Source of the DNA: Octopus sinensis
Taxonomy: Eukaryota
Direction: 5' to 3'
DNA length: 64,000 nucleotides
NCBI RefSeq assembly: GCF_006345805.1
Contig: NC_043008.1
Span: forward strand, 55,490,001 to 55,554,000
Of this stretch, positions 59,667 to 64,000 are shown in pieces; within the stretch, counting starts at the first letter, position 1; each line of letters starts with the position of its first letter. Under the pieces are notes generated by a model that did not search any database, was not told the DNA's origin, and saw nothing but the letters and a program-made list of their open reading frames with translations. The translations under genes were made by a program, and so were the position numbers.

Positions 59667-61487
59667 TATTCACACAAACATTACATTAAGTAAATCTTAT
59701 GTCACACACATTACGTCACAGTGAAGCCTGCTACGTATATAGTAAGCCAAGCCTGCTACACACACACAGCAAGTCAAGGCCAGCATGCATAAAATATAAG
59801 CAGATATAAGAACACACATACACACACACACACAGAGAAGAACAGAAATTCTGGTACAAAATAAAAACAACTCAAAGAAAACTATATTTTTAATTAGGCA
59901 TCTAATCAAAAATGATTTAAGATTATTTTTAAGTAACAAACATATAAAAGCATACATACAAGATCTCACAAAAAACACCTTCCCCCCCGCCCTTGTTTAA
60001 ATATACAACTACCGCCACCACCACCACCACCAACACTACCACCACTAGTACTAACCCCAACACCACCAGTTACCTCCATCATCATTCACATCAGTGATTT
60101 TATTAGTTATTATCAGATTAAATATCTTTTATCTCAAACCAATTAATCTACAGCTTAAACTTGACATTAGCTGTTGCAGAGGTCAATGTTTGTGACATGA
60201 CCCACAAGAATTCCACAGACACACAAACAAACTCTACCACTGTCACCACCACCACCACCAGTGCTCTGCCAATGATGATGTGAGGAGCCACTTTCTGCCT
60301 AGGTGAAGGGTACATATTCAAACCCTTCCCCATCACCTAAATGTAGCATTAAGACAAATAAAGGATACCGCACTAACCTGAACCTAAGCTGTTGCTTACT
60401 GTGCTAAAATTAGCAGCTAAATATCTTTTGTTACTAACTTGCGAAAAAAAAAAAAAATTCAAGAAAGATACATCATTGGATAGTGTTGTAAAAAATACAG
60501 TAAGGACAGTAAAAAAAAAAACAAAAAAAAGAAAAAAAGTATGGTTTGTCATGTTTGGAATGTCTTTGATCGTCGGTCTATCAATCGGAGCTTAGAGCTA
60601 AACAACATCAACATAAGGACACAACAACAACACTATGCAATCAGAAAACTTATATAGCCACAAATAGCTTGTTGAGTTATACCTTATACCATCATCGGTA
60701 GGTACAAAAAAATGTAAAATAAAAATTATATAAAATAAAAATTATATAAAATAAAATACTAGGTCAGTAATTTGAAGTTTACTTCGCAACAGTTTGATCC
60801 ATTAAGAAGATAAACCTTGAAAGTAGGTCTTTTTCGTTTGTTTTTTTCTTTTTCTTTTTCTTTTATGGTTATTTATTTGTGAAGACCATCTGAGCACCAC
60901 GTGAGAAAACTTCCAAGTGAACAAGTAAGAAATTCCCAAGACAGCATAAAAACAATTCTAAAAGCACCTGTACATTAAAAATAGATAAAGCCTACTTAGA
61001 AAATGTATGCATAACTCATTTCTGAATAATGAAGAGGACGTATTTAATCAAAACAATCACAGTGACTACAAAACCATTTTTAAACACACACACACAGAGT
61101 CTTAGTAGCAGGCTGAAAAACATTGAAGGTCTTGGCACAAAAATCATTGGCAATGAAAAAATAATTATTTCCAGGCTGTCTATAGTTGGCAATGTTTAAA
61201 CATTTGTCTTTAGCCAGAGAGAAGATTTGAAACTAAATCGGACTAAATTGCTTTCCATTGTTATATTATATGGCTCAGGACTCTACTCGGGTCTTTAACT
61301 CATTGACAACAGGAGCGCTACATCCAAGAACTGTTATAGACAAGTTGTAAAGGTCCTCAACTTTCAATGGTCCACTTCAGAGCTTGACAAACTTCTTATA
61401 CTTATTGACCTCTTCATAAAATTGTTGATAACTTACAGAAACCCCTACCATGAAAATTTCTAAAATAAAATCGAGAAGTATAATTAA

Positions 61488-61668
61488 TACTATATATTTT
61501 CCAGCATACATGTCAAATTTTTCGGGCCAAAATTCACAGCCAAGAATAAGGTAGGCTGACTTCTACATCAAAACAAATTTGGTGAACCAAAAATTCCTTG
61601 TGAAATGCAGCAGATTTTGGAAAGATAAAGACAATGGTTGAATTCTTCCCCTGCATGTTTACAGTATA
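61488..61668 (+). mobile_element. Uninterrupted paralogue of the 943-1470 transposon end
   Basis: Shared blocks such as AAAGATA.AGACAATGGTTGAA and CATGTTTACA.TATA. Confidence 0.6.
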
Positions 61669-62244
61669 AACTACATGGTCTTGGATGCTGCAAAATATTT
61701 CTCGATTTAAAAACTATAATTCTCTGATTATTTTGAGTTTCTACTGCTTTTTGATAAGAAATATTTAAAGTAATTTAATGAAAATGTAAAACTGAATTTC
61801 AGAGAAGTGGGTAAGTTGATTACAATGACTCCAGTGTTCAACTGGTACTTATTTTATCGACCCTGAAAAGATGAAAGGCAAAGCTGACCAAAGCTGACCT
61901 CAGCAGAATTTGAACTCAGAATATAAAGACAGACGAACTGCTGCTAAGCTTTATGCCCAGTGTGCTAACAATTCTGCCAGCTTGCCACCTTATTCAGTCA
62001 TACTGTAATTGATAATAATTCAGCACCCACAATGCTTGAAATCATTTCAGATATTTATTGACACCCCATAGATATCTTCACAGAGCCCTGGGACCAATCC
62101 TGACAACTTTGCCAACTCTTGGTCTAGTTCAAATATTCTATAACTTTTGGGTCTGTGACAAAACAGCTTTGAAAACAACAGGTCTGATTCACTTGGGTTT
62201 AAGAGTTCGTTATTGCAAATATCACAGGGAAAACACAATATAAA

Positions 62245-62660
62245 GGCGCAGGAGTGGCTGTGTGGTAAGTAGCTTGCTAACCAACTACATGGTTCCGGGT
62301 TCAGTCCCACTGCGTGGCATCTTGGGCAAGTGTCTTCTGCTATAGCCCCGGGCCGACCAATGCCTTGTGAGTGGATTTGGTAGACAGAAACTGAAAGAAG
62401 CCTGTCATATATATGTATATATATATATATATGTGTGTGTGAGTATGTGTGTCTGTGTTTGTCCCCCTAGCATTGCTTGACAACTGATGCTGGTGTGTTT
62501 ACGTCCCCGTCACTTAGCGGTTCGGCAAAAGAGACCAATAGAATAAGCACTGGGCTTACAAAGAATAAGACCCGGGGTCGATTTGCTCGACTAAAGGCGG
62601 TGCTCCAGCATGGCCGCAGTCAAATGACTGAAACAAGTAAAAGAGTAAAAGAGTAAAGAG
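62245..62660 (+). mobile_element. Family B SINE, young full-length reference copy
   Basis: All modules intact, CpGs retained, (AAAAGAGT)n end. Confidence 0.9.
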
Positions 62661-63399
62661 TATAACTGGTAAGTATTTCATAAGCTTGCAATACTGGTCC
62701 ACATTTTTTCATGTGAGTGAAACCTAGAGTAGATTATCCATATGGAAAGATAAGCTGTTATCTCAACTGTTTAATGCCCTGACAAACTAATTTCTGCTTA
62801 CTTGTTCACCTGTTAAATAGTTCATATATCAGTAACTTTTAGTTCAGTAATACCATCGAGGTTTTCAGTGAATGCATTTCTGACCAAGTGAGAAGGATTA
62901 GCTAATGAGAGTTCCCTCAGAAGAGAAATAGTTTACAGAATGAATTCACCTGAAAGCAGAAAATTTGTAGTGAAACAGATACTGGTAACTAAGGCATCTA
63001 TTAATACTATTACCACGACTGCTGCTGATGCGGTTGCTAATAATAATAATAATAATAAAAATAGTAATAATAATAATATAATAATAATAATTTAGAATTT
63101 TGGCACAAGGCCAGCAAGTGAAGGATGTAAGTTGATTACATCAGCCCCAGTGCACAACTGGTACTTATTTTATTAACCTTAAAAGATGAAAGGCAAAGTG
63201 GATCTCAGCAGAATATGAATTCAGAATGTTAGGACAGACGAAATGCTGCTAAACATCTTGTCCAGTGTGCTAACAATTCTGTCACAAATGATTTCTTTAT
63301 CAACCACAAGGGTTTACATGAAGAAAAACATTAAGGACAGCACTGGAGAAAACAGAAAAAAAAAATGTGTGTGTGTGTGTGTGTGTGTGTGCACATGAC

Positions 63400-63790
63400 T
63401 AACATCATGTGATGGTCATAAACAAGTGTCTGTCTCTCTCTCACAAAAGCAATGTTGTTCACTTTCAATCTTCTGTGAAACACGTCTGGTCATGGGGAAA
63501 TATTACCTTATTTGGAAACAGGTGTGTGTATGCATGCGCAGACATACTAACTGTCTTGATATTATATGATGGTTGTAAATGGGTATGACTGCTGAACAAG
63601 TGATGATGTTTGTTTCCAATCTTCTGTGTCTGGCCACAGAGAAATATTAAACTATTATTTTGCTTAGAAACAGCTGAGAGTTGGCAACAAGAAGGGTATC
63701 CAGTCATAGAAAATCTGCCTAAAAAAATTCCATCTGACCCATGCTATCATGGAAAAGTGAACGTTAGATGATAATGATGATGATGAATGT
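63400..63790 (+). mobile_element. Family I retroposon with partial internal duplication
   Basis: GTCTGG.CA..G.GAAATATT occurs twice; (GAT)n tail. Confidence 0.65.
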
Positions 63791-63865
63791 AAAAGGATGT
63801 AACTAAACACATCATTTCAAATTTAAGTAAGTTGGTACAAAGCAATTTTAAATCCTGTATATAGC

Positions 63866-64000
63866 ATAGGCATAGGAGCGGCTGTGTGATAAGTAGCTTG
63901 CTTACCAACCATATGGTTCCGGGTTCAGTCCCACTGCATGGCACCTTGGGCAAGTGTCTTTTACTATAGCTTCGGGCCAACCAGAGCCTTGTGAGTGGAT
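63866..64000 (+). mobile_element. Family B SINE head (runs off the window)
   Basis: GGAGCGGCTGTGTG...CACCTTGGGCAAGTGTCTT. Confidence 0.85.

Noticed and set aside
60148-60336. Hydrophobic minus-strand ORF as an exon
   Set aside because: Hydrophobicity comes from (GGT)n, the implied upstream intron would be only 41 nt, and there is no good donor.

Overview
AT-rich, repeat-saturated animal DNA. The repeat families and microsatellite load look like Octopus (inference from the repeat sequences; no search was run). I find no protein-coding gene I can identify with confidence. Nearly all ORFs in the supplied track are microsatellite or SINE artefacts. The recognisable coding relics are a Penelope-like element (PLE) GIY-YIG endonuclease ORF (30540-30971, -), a broken Tc1/mariner transposase (7.4-7.9 kb), RTE and CR1/L2-type LINE 3' ends, and a few weak candidate exons on the minus strand. 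I use working labels for the retroposon families. A has the head GAGCTGGCAGAA. B has the head GGAGTGGCTGTGTGG, a CORE-like ACCTTGGGCAAGT block and an internal microsatellite. C, G and H have the head GGCTTAGTGGTTAG with different bodies. D has the head GGCCTAGTGGTTAGAG. F has GTGCCGGTGGCACGTAAAA subrepeats and a (GAT)n tail. I is an older family with the same tail as F. Also present are piggyBac-type MITEs (TTAA TSD), a Helitron, a solo LTR and several long foldback palindromes. The most interesting signals are RNA structures: PLE-type minimal hammerhead ribozymes including a three-copy family with a non-canonical U6 core, hammerhead cores caught inside inverted repeats, arrays of compact H-type pseudoknots in family F, SINE multimers with a fixed junction, and two LINE-SINE pairs sharing 3' stem-loops. 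Boundaries of degenerate repeats are approximate (about 10-20 bp).
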